DNA from: Candidatus Dormiibacterota bacterium
GTDB taxonomy: Bacteria > Chloroflexota > Dormibacteria > Aeolococcales > Aeolococcaceae
Assembly: GCA_963713485.1 (NCBI GenBank)
Contig: CAVQLW010000005.1
Coordinates: 196,052-260,051, forward strand
Direction of reading: 5' to 3'
DNA length: 64,000 bases
In this document: positions 27,087 through 36,696 of the stretch, one piece after another
Position numbering within the stretch: position 1 is the stretch's first letter
Layout: each line of letters starts with the position of its first letter
The notes under the pieces: generated by a model
What the model was told of the DNA's origin: nothing
Databases searched by the model: none
The model's input: only the letters and a program-made list of their open reading frames with translations
Translations under genes and position numbers: made by a program

Positions 27087-28846
27087 GAGATCACCGGGCT
27101 GAGCCGCCGCGGGCGCCCGCGGAGCAGGAACGCGGCGAGGACGGCCGCCACGGCCGCGCAGACCCCCGCTCCGAGAAAGACGGTGCGCAGCTCGGTGACG
27201 ATCGCGCCGGTCACCTCCGCCTCGTATGCCGGGCAGTTGAGCGGGGTCCCCGGGCAGAGCGCCTCGGGGGTCGGCAGCGTCGCGGTCGTCGTGTAGAAGA
27301 CGTGCAGGCTGATGGCGGTGAGGATGGAGATGCCCACGAGCATCCCGATCATGCGCGCCACGACGACCAGGGCTGAGGCCAGTCCGTGCATCCGCTCGCG
27401 AACCGAGACGAGGATCGAGGCGTTGACGGGGGCGATCGCGAGCCCGAACCCGAGCCCGCACACGAACAGGACCGGGTCGCTCGGGTGCAGCCAGCCGGGG
27501 CCGAACGGGTCCGATAGCGTCGTCGCGGTCCAGCGGGTCATCAGGAGGAACGCGGCCGCCGTGAGCGCCATCCCGGCCGCGGCGACGGCGCGATTGCCGG
27601 CTCGTTGGGACAGCCAGCCGCCGAGCACCGCGCCGATCGGCACCCCGACCAGGAGCCGGAGCAGCACGAGCGCGGCGCCGAGCTGGGAGTCGGGAAATGC
27701 GGTCGCCCTGGCGAGCACCGGCACGTCGAGGAGCGCCGCCATGAGCGCTGCACCCACCGCCAGGTTGGTGAGCAGCGCCCCGTAGGCGCCGCTCGACCGC
27801 AGCTCGCCGGCGGCGAGGAGCGGGTTTCGCGCCCGGCGCTCCCTGAGCACGAACGCCGCCGTGGACACGGCTCCGAGCGGCAGCAGCCACACCGCCGCGG
27901 GGGAGACCGCGCCGGTGGTGGGATCCTCGGCCGCGAAGCTGATGACGATGGTCGTCAGGGCGAGGCCGAGCAGCGCCGCTCCGGGCCAGTCGATCGCCGC
28001 GGCGAGCGCCGGCAGCCGTCGCACCGCGATGAGCGGGCGCGTGGTGGTGGGCGCGCGCAGCTCCCAGAGGACGAGGAGGAGGGCCGCCGCGGCAGCCGCG
28101 ATCGCGAGCGGCGTCAGCCACAGGAACCCGCCGATCGCGGAGTACGCGACACCGATCGTGTCGCTGTCGGTGAGCGGCGCCGGCGCGGCGATCGCCAGGC
28201 ACCCCGCAACGAGCGCGACCACCCCGAGGACGATCGAGACGGTGCTGATCCGTGCGCTTGAGCCCTGTGGGGCCGGTGCGATGCTTCCCCGCCGGGCGGC
28301 CACCAGCCCGAGCGCGAGCACGCCCGCGATCGGCACGTTCAGCCAGAAGATCGTCTGCCAGTCGGCGACCGTGAGGATCAGGCCGCCGTACAGTGGCCCC
28401 AGCACGCTCCCCAGCTCCTGGACGCCGCCGATCACGCCGAGGGGGAGGCCTCGCCGGTCCGCGGGCCAGAGGTCGGCGACCAGGGCGAGGGTCACCGGCA
28501 CCAGGCCGCCGCCTCCGAGCCCCTGGAGGGCGCGCCCCGCCACCACCGAGCCCAGGTCGTGCGCCGAAGCGGTCACCAGCGACCCGGCGGCGAAGACCGC
28601 GAGGCAGAGCAGCAGCAGCGGCCGGCGACCGTAGAGGTCGGAGAGCCGGCCCAGGAGGGGCATGACCACGACGTAGCCGAGCAGGAAGCCGCTGACGATC
28701 GGCGTCGCCGCCTGCAGCTGATCGATGCCGATCCCGACGTCGGCCATGATCGCCGGGAGCGCGAGCACGATCACGTACGTGTCGATGGCCGCGACGAGCA
28801 CCGATGCCGCCGCGATGCCGAGGATCCAGCTCCGCCGGGTGCTCAC
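27083..28846 (-). CDS. MFS transporter, DHA2-like 14-TM drug:H+ antiporter (P55/Rv1410c-like)
   Basis: MFS signature GRLSDLYGRRP. 587 aa. Translationally coupled to the upstream LprG-like lipoprotein gene. Confidence 0.85.
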   Translation of the reverse strand: MSTRRSWILGIAAASVLVAAIDTYVIVLALPAIMADVGIGIDQLQAATPIVSGFLLGYVVVMPLLGRLSDLYGRRPLLLLCLAVFAAGSLVTASAHDLGSVVAGRALQGLGGGGLVPVTLALVADLWPADRRGLPLGVIGGVQELGSVLGPLYGGLILTVADWQTIFWLNVPIAGVLALGLVAARRGSIAPAPQGSSARISTVSIVLGVVALVAGCLAIAAPAPLTDSDTIGVAYSAIGGFLWLTPLAIAAAAAALLLVLWELRAPTTTRPLIAVRRLPALAAAIDWPGAALLGLALTTIVISFAAEDPTTGAVSPAAVWLLPLGAVSTAAFVLRERRARNPLLAAGELRSSGAYGALLTNLAVGAALMAALLDVPVLARATAFPDSQLGAALVLLRLLVGVPIGAVLGGWLSQRAGNRAVAAAGMALTAAAFLLMTRWTATTLSDPFGPGWLHPSDPVLFVCGLGFGLAIAPVNASILVSVRERMHGLASALVVVARMIGMLVGISILTAISLHVFYTTTATLPTPEALCPGTPLNCPAYEAEVTGAIVTELRTVFLGAGVCAAVAAVLAAFLLRGRPRRLSPVIS

Positions 28847-29583
28847 CCCGTGGGCGGCGGCGTCACGGACACGTTTTCGCCGTAGTTGGCAAGAATAAGC
28901 GTGTAGGTGCTGTCGGTCGTCTTGCTGACGAAGGGACCGGTGAGCACCACGCGGCGAAGCTGGCTCGAGCCGGTGTCGATGCCGAAGGTCGCGGCCACGT
29001 TCTTCGACGGATCCGCGCTGGTGAGGAGCGCCGCCACCGCGGTGCCGGGAAGCGTGCAGCCGATCTCGTGCAGCGCCTCGCCGTTGTACCGGTCGTCGCT
29101 CTCGACCTGCGGCGACGCGCAGCGGAGCAGGAGCGACGACAGGCCGCTGTCGGGGTCGATGAGCTTCGCGGGATCGGCGAAACCATAATCGCCGGGATTC
29201 GCCGCGGTGAAGCCGGAATCGGTCGGCAGCTTCACCGAGAATGTGCCGCCCACCGACACCACGGGAACGCTCACCGCCAGACCGTAGATGGACACCTGCA
29301 GGGTTCCGGACATGCTCGCCGGACGCTTCATGTCACCGCTTCCCGCGGTGAGCAGCGGGCCGGAGCCTGACACGTTCGTGCCGCTGAGCGTGAAGTGAAA
29401 CGACGGCGTCTGGTCGAGGACCTGCTTGGTCCGCTGGAGCAGCGTGGACGGGTTGACCGCAGGCGAGCCGCAGCCGCTGAGCATCAGCAGCGATGCCGTC
29501 GTGGCGACGGCGATGCGGCACCAGCGGGTGATGAGAAGACCTCCGTGTCGCGGGCGAGTATAGGTCTGCCGATACACTGCCAC
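28843..29583 (-). CDS. LppX/LprAFG family lipoprotein (LprG-like glycolipid carrier)
   Basis: Lipobox LMLSGC, and size and sequence pattern of the LppX_LprAFG family. The lipoprotein-then-MFS gene order matches the conserved mycobacterial lprG-p55 operon. Confidence 0.75.
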   Translation of the reverse strand: MAVYRQTYTRPRHGGLLITRWCRIAVATTASLLMLSGCGSPAVNPSTLLQRTKQVLDQTPSFHFTLSGTNVSGSGPLLTAGSGDMKRPASMSGTLQVSIYGLAVSVPVVSVGGTFSVKLPTDSGFTAANPGDYGFADPAKLIDPDSGLSSLLLRCASPQVESDDRYNGEALHEIGCTLPGTAVAALLTSADPSKNVAATFGIDTGSSQLRRVVLTGPFVSKTTDSTYTLILANYGENVSVTPPPTG

Positions 29584-29585
29584 AC

Positions 29586-29948
29586 GTGACCGGCTCGGAG
29601 AACGTCGCGCTGCCCGAGGTCGACGCGACGCAGTTCTTCGGCGTCGACATCCGAGTCGGCACGGTCGTGAGCTGCGACGAGTTCCCAGAGGCGCGACGGC
29701 CGGCGTACAGGATGGTCATCGACTTCGGTCCGCTCGGCACGCGGAAATCGTCCGGGCGGCTCACCGATCACTACCGTCCTGAGGAGCTCATCGGCACCAG
29801 CGTTGTCGCGGCCGTGAACTTTCCACCGCGCCAGATCGGTCCGGTGCGGAGCGAGGTCCTGGTGCTGGGTGTCTACGAGCACGGCTCCGACCGGGTCGTG
29901 CTCCTCCGTCCCGACCGCCCCTGTGCGCCCGGCGATCGGGTCGGCTGA
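29586..29948 (+). CDS. tRNA-binding domain protein (CsaA/YgjH, EMAP-like OB fold)
   Basis: FFGVDIRVGTVVSCDEFPEARRPAYRMVIDFG matches the CsaA/Trbp111 tRNA-binding domain. 120 aa. Confidence 0.75.
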   Translation: MTGSENVALPEVDATQFFGVDIRVGTVVSCDEFPEARRPAYRMVIDFGPLGTRKSSGRLTDHYRPEELIGTSVVAAVNFPPRQIGPVRSEVLVLGVYEHGSDRVVLLRPDRPCAPGDRVG

Positions 29949-29969
29949 GACACGCGCGATGCGGCGCTC

Positions 29970-30717
29970 ATGAATCCGGCGACGGTGATCGGGGAACCCG
30001 GAGCGCGACGCGTCAGCCCGTTCCTGTTTCTCCTCGCGATCATCAGCTTCTTCCTCGTGTTCACCGGCGTGTCCTGCAACACGGGTGCGACCAAGTCGGC
30101 GCTGCATGCACTCGGCGGATCCGCGGGCATCACGTCCTCGCAGACTTCGGCGCTCGAACTCGTGCCTCAACTCGCTCAACGGCGTCAACTTCGTGACGTA
30201 CGACGGCTGGGCGCTCGTGTTCGGCAAGGACCCGACGGTCGCGTCGCTGCCCGCTGCGTGCGCGGTGAACACCGGTCCGGTTACGCGCGCCGATGCCGCG
30301 CAGGCGAACGTCGGGCCGCAGCTGCTCGCGATTCTCGGCCTCGTCTGCGCGGGCCTGGCGATGGTCACGGGACTCATCGCGCTCCTCGGTTTCGCCCGGG
30401 GGCGGAGCCGCGCGATGGTCGCGGTGATCTTCGGCGCGGGCAGCGGGGTGCTGCTCGTCCTCAACGAGCTGCACGTGCACGACATCGTGCTCAGCAAGAT
30501 CGCCGCCAGCGCCGGGTCGAGCGTGCCGGGCTTCAGCCCGAGCGCGTACTTCAACGTGAATCCGGGCATCGGCCTGCTGGTCGTGCTCGTGATCCTCGCC
30601 GTTGCGGTGCTCTACAACCTCAGTGCGCTCATCGTCGGCGCAGGCCCCGTCGCGATGGCGCCGGCGGCACCGGAGCCGCAACCACCGCTACCGCCGCCGC
30701 CGCCGCCACCGCCGTAA
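29970..30717 (+). pseudogene. Membrane protein with Pro-rich C-terminus; probably one gene split by a frameshift near 30160
   Basis: Frame a (29970 onward) encodes an N-terminal TM segment and becomes Arg-rich nonsense after about 30160. Frame b (from about 30150 to 30717) continues as a plausible 2-TM protein ending in PPLPPPPPPPP. The two frames overlap at a short direct repeat. Confidence 0.45.
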
Positions 30718-30739
30718 TCAGGCGTGCGCCGGCTCGAAC

Positions 30740-31645
30740 TCAGTTGGTGCCGCCGAGAAATGGGATGCCGTAGGTCTCGGGCTGCGCGCCGACCGAGCTC
30801 GCCCACACATCCGCGATCGAGTCAGCGGTCCATCCACCCTCGCGAAAGGCCACGGAGACCTCCTTGGGGTGAGCCCAGAGCGACAGCTTGTCGCCACCAA
30901 GGCCGATGCACTGGCCGGTGATCCCCGCGGCCGCGTCGGAGCTGAGGAACACGAGGAGGGGCGCCACATCCTCGGCGGTGCCCATGCCCATCTGCTGGCG
31001 CACCGCGGCGGGCAGCGGCTGGCCCTGCTCGGCGGCCTCGACGAGCGGCGCCATCCCGGGGATGGTCGAGATCATCCGCGTGATCGCGTTGGGAACGATG
31101 GCGTTGACCGTGATGCTGTGCTTGGCGCACTCCATCGCCCAGGTGCGGGCGAACGCCGCGATCCCCGCCTTGGCCGCCGAATAGTTGGTCTGCCCGAAGT
31201 TGCCGCGCTGACCGGCGATCGACGAGACCACGACGATCCTTCCGCCCGATCCCTGCTCGCGCATCCGGCGCACCGCCGCCCTGGCACACGTGAAGGTGCC
31301 GCGGAGATGCGTCGCGATCACCGCGTCGAAGTCCTCGTCGGTCATGTTCCAGAGCACGCGATCGCGAAGGATCCCCGCGTTCGTGCACATGATGTCGAGG
31401 TGCCCGAAGGCCTCGACGGCTCGGGCAACGAGCTGGTCGGCCGCCTCGGCGGCTCCGACCGCGCACACCTCGGCGACGGCCGTGCCGCCGGCTCCGGTGA
31501 TCTCGCCGGCCGTCGTCTGAGCGACGTCCGGGTCGACATCGTTGACCACGACGGCGCAGCCCGCCGCCGCAAGTGCCCTCGCGTATGCGCGGCCGATCCC
31601 GCGGCCGCTTCCGGTGACGATCGCAACCTTTCCTTCGAGATTCAT
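30740..31645 (-). CDS. SDR family NAD(P)-dependent oxidoreductase
   Basis: TGSGRGIG cofactor motif and catalytic YxxxK (YSAAK). The start is at MNLEGK; the supplied ORF has an Arg-rich 5' extension. Confidence 0.85.
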   Translation of the reverse strand: MNLEGKVAIVTGSGRGIGRAYARALAAAGCAVVVNDVDPDVAQTTAGEITGAGGTAVAEVCAVGAAEAADQLVARAVEAFGHLDIMCTNAGILRDRVLWNMTDEDFDAVIATHLRGTFTCARAAVRRMREQGSGGRIVVVSSIAGQRGNFGQTNYSAAKAGIAAFARTWAMECAKHSITVNAIVPNAITRMISTIPGMAPLVEAAEQGQPLPAAVRQQMGMGTAEDVAPLLVFLSSDAAAGITGQCIGLGGDKLSLWAHPKEVSVAFREGGWTADSIADVWASSVGAQPETYGIPFLGGTN

Positions 31646-31655
31646 GCAGCGGACA

Positions 31656-32498
31656 CTACGCGAACTCGATCTCGACGTGCTCGCCGCGCAACTCGTAGCC
31701 GGCCTGGCGGTAGATCGAGTTCGAGACAGGGTTGTCTGCATCCGTGAACAGCATGGATTGGTGCACGTCCGGCCGCGCCATCTCGGCGGCCGTCACCTCG
31801 TAGGTGAGGCGTCTGCCGTATCCGCGATTGCGGTGCTCGGGCGGCGTGTACACGGGTCCGACACGCAATACGCCGGCCGCGACGCGGTGTCCGACGAGGC
31901 AGACCGTCGTGCCACCGTCGATCCAGAGGTCGGCGTGTCCTGCGGCGACCATCCGCTCCGCGATCGACGCCGGCCCGGCGACGATCGCGACCTCGGCGGC
32001 GAAGGCGAGCAACCACTCGGCGATCAGCGCGACGTCGGTCGCGGCCGCGGGGCGCCGGCTCCCGGGCGGCGGCGGCACGTCGACGAGCTCCCGGAGCTCG
32101 TGGAGCAGCATGAGCCGCTCTCGCTCGACCGCGTCGCCGCCGGCGCCGGTCCACGCCGCGGCGACGGCACGCGCAGCGTCCAGCGGCCCGTTGACGCCGG
32201 GCGGGCGGATGCCGAGCGCGGCGGCGCGTTCGAGCATCGCCGCGGCGAGTCCGGGCGCCGCCGCGTCCGGCATCGACGACACGAGCAGCGGAAACGGCGG
32301 TGTCCAGCTCGCGGCGCCGACGACCCCTCCGGAGTCGGTGATCCACCAGAAGCTCGCGGGCGCCGCGTATGCGCCGGGCGCATCGCGCACCGAGTCGACG
32401 ACGCTGAGGAGCACATTGCGTTCGCACGGCTCCGCCTCGAGAAACGTCCGCGCCGCGGCTGCGTACTCATCGACGTCGCCGGTGCCGTGGATGTGCAT
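31656..32498 (-). CDS. GNAT family N-acetyltransferase
   Basis: C-terminal acetyl-CoA-binding motif EHRNRGYGRRL. Confidence 0.65.
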   Translation of the reverse strand: MHIHGTGDVDEYAAAARTFLEAEPCERNVLLSVVDSVRDAPGAYAAPASFWWITDSGGVVGAASWTPPFPLLVSSMPDAAAPGLAAAMLERAAALGIRPPGVNGPLDAARAVAAAWTGAGGDAVERERLMLLHELRELVDVPPPPGSRRPAAATDVALIAEWLLAFAAEVAIVAGPASIAERMVAAGHADLWIDGGTTVCLVGHRVAAGVLRVGPVYTPPEHRNRGYGRRLTYEVTAAEMARPDVHQSMLFTDADNPVSNSIYRQAGYELRGEHVEIEFA

Positions 32499-32519
32499 GG
32501 CGCCCCGATTGTGCACGGC

Positions 32520-33512
32520 TCAGAGCGTGAGTCGCCCACCGGTTGCGAGCTGCACGACCACGTACGCGAGCCACGGCACGATCGTGAGCATCAGCAGGAC
32601 GCCGCGCGCGCTGCCGCGCCACAGCAGGACGAGCAGGAAGATCGCGGTCGCAACCGTCAGCGTCGCGCTGGCATACCCGGCCGACCCCGGATGCCAGGTG
32701 GTGAACATGATGCCGATGCTCGCGAGCACGCACGACTGAAAGGCAGCCGAGCCGGCGACGTTGCCGAACGCGAGCATGTCGTCGCCGGTGCGCACCCACA
32801 GCACGCTGTTCAGCGTCTCGGGCAGCTCCGTCGCGACGGGCACGATCACGAGCGCGAGGACGAGCGCCGGCACCTGCAGCGCGGACGCCGTCTGATCGAG
32901 CGCGGTGACGAAGAGCTGCGAGCCGAAGATGAGGAGCACGATGGCGATGGCGAGCTGCAGCGTGACCAGCATCGGATGCGGCGAGCCGGGCCGCCAGCGG
33001 ACGATGTGCAGCGGCTCGGGCATCGTGTCGGCCTGACCGCTGCCGCGGAGCGTCGCGACCACATAGACCGCGTACGTCGCGAGCAGCGCGATGCCGACGG
33101 CGATGCGCGGCCCCGACGGCAGCAGGCTCGCCAGCACCGCCACGGAGAAAGCGCCGAGGAACACACCGAGGTCGCGTCGCGCCTGGTTCGGATCGATGAC
33201 GAGGCGCCCGTGGCGGCCGCGCCGGCTCAGCACGGCGATGCCCGTCGCGCCCGCGCCGATGCCGAGGAGGAGAAACGGCGATCCGAGCACCGCGCCGGTG
33301 GCGACCGAGTTCGCGTCCGGGGAGTGCGTCGCGAGCGCGACGATCGGCACCACGGTCTCGGGCAGCGACGTCCCCAGGGCTGCGAGCAGGCTGCCGGTCG
33401 CGCCGGTCCCGAGATTGAGGTGGTAGCCCGCCCACTCGATCGCGTTCGTGAAGAGTCCGGCCGCGACCACGACGAGGAGCAGGCTCGCGATGAACAGGAG
33501 GGCGGTGGTCAT
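32520..33512 (-). CDS. Sodium:calcium antiporter (CaCA family)
   Basis: Two alpha-repeat motifs, GTSLPE and ATELPE. The start is at MTTALLF (ATG 33512), overlapping the NUDIX gene stop (ATGA). Confidence 0.8.
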   Translation of the reverse strand: MTTALLFIASLLLVVVAAGLFTNAIEWAGYHLNLGTGATGSLLAALGTSLPETVVPIVALATHSPDANSVATGAVLGSPFLLLGIGAGATGIAVLSRRGRHGRLVIDPNQARRDLGVFLGAFSVAVLASLLPSGPRIAVGIALLATYAVYVVATLRGSGQADTMPEPLHIVRWRPGSPHPMLVTLQLAIAIVLLIFGSQLFVTALDQTASALQVPALVLALVIVPVATELPETLNSVLWVRTGDDMLAFGNVAGSAAFQSCVLASIGIMFTTWHPGSAGYASATLTVATAIFLLVLLWRGSARGVLLMLTIVPWLAYVVVQLATGGRLTL

Positions 33513-34018
33513 CGTCGCCGGAGGAGCCGGTCCACCGGCGCATTGAGCCAGGCGGTGGCGAACCCGAGCACGTGCCGGATGGTGACCGGTTGGACCCGGT
33601 GCACCGGGGGTGCTCCCGCGGCCGCGGCCACTGCGTCCAGGGCTCGCTCCCGGATCCACGGGAAGACGGTGCGCGGCAATCGTTCGGGGGCGGCCATGCG
33701 CATCGACCATGCCTCGAGGCTGCGTCGGGGGGCGCCGCCGACCACCTCACCGAGGAAGACGACGTCCCCGGCGGATCGAAGACCGCGCCAGGAGTACACG
33801 CCGACGGTGCCGACGACCCGCACCTTGTACCCGGTCTCCTCGAGGGTCTCGCGGGTCGCGGTCGCGGCGGGGTCCTCCCCCGGCTCGCAGTGACCGCCGG
33901 GAAGCTCCCACCCCGGCGGCCACGGCCGGAACTGGACCAGCACGCGACCGCGCTGGACGATCGCCATCTGCGCGCCCTCGACAGTCCATTCCACGCCGTC
34001 GATCAGGACGGAGTTCAC
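33509..34018 (-). CDS. NUDIX hydrolase
   Basis: NUDIX box GGHCEPGEDPAATATRETLEETG. Confidence 0.85.
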   Translation of the reverse strand: MNSVLIDGVEWTVEGAQMAIVQRGRVLVQFRPWPPGWELPGGHCEPGEDPAATATRETLEETGYKVRVVGTVGVYSWRGLRSAGDVVFLGEVVGGAPRRSLEAWSMRMAAPERLPRTVFPWIRERALDAVAAAAGAPPVHRVQPVTIRHVLGFATAWLNAPVDRLLRRR

Positions 34019-34752
34019 TGGAACAGCGTGAAGAAGTTGGGCAGCCCGAGGAAGATCGGGCTCACACCGGGAACGACGAGATGCTCGAAGGTGAGCGTGG
34101 AGGCGCCGACCGTCACGGCCGAGAAGGGGTCGACGCTCCCGCCGCTCAGCTGCGGCGGGAGGATCGCCGCGAGTGCCACCAGCGCGTACAGCGCGTAGCG
34201 GTACTGCTCGGCATAGAGGAAGACTCGCGGAAGGCGTCCGAACAGCAGGCTGCGAAGCACCGCGTAGCCGTCGAGGCCGGGCAGTGGCATCGCGTTGAAG
34301 ATGAACAGGGCGATGTTCACGAGAAACCCCTGCAGCAGCACGCCGAAGATCACTCCCTGCAGGGTGAGCTGGGCGAGGATGTCGAAGCCGCCGGCGTCGA
34401 ATCCCGCGCCGAGCAGCTGGACGCGAAGTGCCAGCGCGAAGATCGCCGCGACCACGAGATGCGCGAGCGGACCCACGGCGGCGACGGCCGCGCGCCGTCG
34501 CGGGTCACGCAGGAACATCGGATCGAGCGCCACCGGCCGGCCCCAGCCGACACCGGCGATGAGCATCGCGGCACAGCCGAACGCGTCGATGTTGCGGCGC
34601 GGGTCGAGCGTCATCCGCCCGTCCCGGCGAGGCGTGGGATCGCCGCAGCGCAGCGCGATCGCGCCGTGGCTCAGCTCATGGATCACCGATCCGATCACGA
34701 ACCCTGGCAACGTGTAGAGGACGACTGCCAGGTAGGTTCCGGGACCCGTCAC
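34015..34752 (-). CDS. Site-2 protease family (M50) intramembrane zinc metalloprotease
   Basis: HELSH (HExxH) in the first TM region, a multi-TM body and a later LDG motif. Overlaps the NUDIX start by 4 nt. Confidence 0.75.
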   Translation of the reverse strand: MTGPGTYLAVVLYTLPGFVIGSVIHELSHGAIALRCGDPTPRRDGRMTLDPRRNIDAFGCAAMLIAGVGWGRPVALDPMFLRDPRRRAAVAAVGPLAHLVVAAIFALALRVQLLGAGFDAGGFDILAQLTLQGVIFGVLLQGFLVNIALFIFNAMPLPGLDGYAVLRSLLFGRLPRVFLYAEQYRYALYALVALAAILPPQLSGGSVDPFSAVTVGASTLTFEHLVVPGVSPIFLGLPNFFTLFQ

Positions 34753-34761
34753 CCGGCGCGG

Positions 34762-35037
34762 CTACTCGAGCTCGACGCGTGCGGGTCGCCGCGACCGCCG
34801 GGTGCGGCTCCGCGTCCGCTTGCCACCCGCGCTTTCGGGCTCGCCCTCGACCGCCTCGTCCTGCGCGCTCCGCGCGTGATGCTCGATCGTGGCGGCGATC
34901 GCGAGCAGCAGCTCGCGCTGCGCGATGAGCAGGTGACGCTGCGCCTCCGGCGGCACCAGCTCGTTGAGTGACGTGCCGAGCAGCTTTGCGGCGTCGTCGA
35001 CCAGGCGCGCCGGGCAGGCGCGACACGTCTCGCTCAC
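34762..35037 (-). CDS. Hypothetical small protein (91 aa), translationally coupled to the ArsA-like ATPase (GTGA overlap)
   Basis: The protein-like C-terminal part of the spurious ORF 34762..35760. Its GTG start overlaps the ArsA stop. Confidence 0.45.
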   Translation of the reverse strand: MSETCRACPARLVDDAAKLLGTSLNELVPPEAQRHLLIAQRELLLAIAATIEHHARSAQDEAVEGEPESAGGKRTRSRTRRSRRPARVELE

Positions 35038-36206
35038 GGCTTGGTGTCGGAGAAGGTCACCGAGAGCATCCCCTCCTCGAGACGGCCGCGCGTGACGTGC
35101 TTGCCGTTGAGCACACGCGGGAGGGTGATCTCTCGCTTGTACGGGCCGACGCTGATGAACAGGTCGCCCTCGCGGTGCTTGATGTCGACGTCCTCCTTGC
35201 CGATGAACGGGAGGTGCAGCTGCAGCTCGTAGGAGTTGCCGACCTTGCGGATCCGCTGCGGGACGGAGTGGTAGAAGATCTTCGACGGGTCCTCGTCGCC
35301 GTAGATCGACTCCGCCATCTCGGCGAGCGCGTCGAGGCCGACGATCTCGTGGTCGAAGAGCTTCGTCTGCAACGTCGGAATCGGCGAGAAGGCGTTGTCG
35401 ACCATGAGCGAGTACCGCTGCTGGGCCTCGCGCCACGAGTCGAAGTAGCTGTCGGTGACCTCGGGTGGCAGCACCCGGTTCACCACGATGAGGTCGGTGA
35501 GATAGTCGTAGAGGCTGAGGTACGTGAAGGCGCGCTGCGCCTCCTTGACCACCATCTTCTCGAGGTTGAGGACGATGCGCGTGGTGCAGACCTTGGGGTC
35601 GCCGAGGATCTTCTTCATCCCCTCGAGGTCGAGCAGCAGATCCTTGACGTTGGTGAAGATGTCGTCGCTCGGCAGCGGGATGCTGATGAACGGCTGCATC
35701 ACCGGACGCGCCACCTTGGTCATCATCCGGTGGATCGGGAAGATGCGGTTCAGGTACCACTTCGCGACGTCGGGGAACGCGAGCAGCTGCAGCGTCTCAC
35801 CGGTGGGCGCGCAGTCGACGATGAGGACGTCGAACTTGCCCTCGCGCTTGTGGTGCTTGATCCACATGAGGCTCGCGACCTCCTCCATGCCCGGAGGGGA
35901 CGCCATCTCCTCGGCGACGATGTCGTCGACGCCCTGCGACGCGAAGAGCGATGTGAGGTAGACGTGGATGCGATCCCAGTGGTCTTCGAGCTCGTGGAGC
36001 GCGTTGACCTCCTGTCCCCAGAGGTTCGGCGCGAGCTCGGTGGGATGGTCGCCGATGTCCTGGTCGATGCTGTCGGCAAGGCTGTGTGCCGCGTCGGTGC
36101 TGATCACGAGCGTCCGGTATCCGAGGCTCGCGCATTTCACGGCGGTTGCGGCGGCGACCGTCGTCTTCCCGACCCCTCCCTTGCCTGTGTAGAGGATGAC
36201 CCGCAT
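35034..36206 (-). CDS. ArsA/Get3-family P-loop ATPase with C-terminal HSP20-like (ArsA_HSP20) domain
   Basis: Deviant Walker A GKGGVGKTTVAAA, the ArsA signature DTAPTG-like region DCAPTGETL, and a C-terminal alpha-crystallin-like beta-sandwich. Local GC is lower than that of its neighbours. Confidence 0.85.
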   Translation of the reverse strand: MRVILYTGKGGVGKTTVAAATAVKCASLGYRTLVISTDAAHSLADSIDQDIGDHPTELAPNLWGQEVNALHELEDHWDRIHVYLTSLFASQGVDDIVAEEMASPPGMEEVASLMWIKHHKREGKFDVLIVDCAPTGETLQLLAFPDVAKWYLNRIFPIHRMMTKVARPVMQPFISIPLPSDDIFTNVKDLLLDLEGMKKILGDPKVCTTRIVLNLEKMVVKEAQRAFTYLSLYDYLTDLIVVNRVLPPEVTDSYFDSWREAQQRYSLMVDNAFSPIPTLQTKLFDHEIVGLDALAEMAESIYGDEDPSKIFYHSVPQRIRKVGNSYELQLHLPFIGKEDVDIKHREGDLFISVGPYKREITLPRVLNGKHVTRGRLEEGMLSVTFSDTKP

Positions 36207-36222
36207 CAGCGTGTCTCGGTGA

Positions 36223-36696
36223 TCACGGGTTGATTCGCGTGACCACGAAGGCGGCGATCAGGATGAGCACGATCATCAGCGAGGCCATGATCGCGACGCG
36301 GCGCAGGTCACGGGGTACGTACGGGACCCGGTCGAACGGGATCGCCGCGTCGTCGGAATCGAGTGGCTGGAACAACGCGGCCGCGCTCACCCCGGTGCGG
36401 GTCTGAGCCCTGCCCGGCCGCGGCGCTGCTGCCGGGTTGATCCGCTGGATCCGGCGCCGGCTCGCATAGTCGGCGGTGTCGACCCCGGCCTCCGCACCGG
36501 TGCCGGCGGGCTCGGCGGCGACATCGACGTCTTCGGCAGGCGTCGAGACGGCGGTCTCCGGCATCGAGCGCGCGGCGACGGACCGGGCGACCTGCGCAGG
36601 CGCCGGCGCCGGTGCTGCCTGGCGCGCCGCCGCGCCGGGAGCCGGGGCGCGCCGGACGGCGGCGCGCTGTTTCTGTTTGCGGGTCTTCTTGGCCAT
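36223..36696 (-). CDS. Hypothetical tail-anchored membrane protein (basic N-terminus MAKKTRKQKQR, Ala/Pro-rich linker, single C-terminal TM)
   Basis: The only hydrophobic segment is the last roughly 25 residues. Sits immediately upstream of the ArsA/Get3-like gene. Confidence 0.5.
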   Translation of the reverse strand: MAKKTRKQKQRAAVRRAPAPGAAARQAAPAPAPAQVARSVAARSMPETAVSTPAEDVDVAAEPAGTGAEAGVDTADYASRRRIQRINPAAAPRPGRAQTRTGVSAAALFQPLDSDDAAIPFDRVPYVPRDLRRVAIMASLMIVLILIAAFVVTRINP

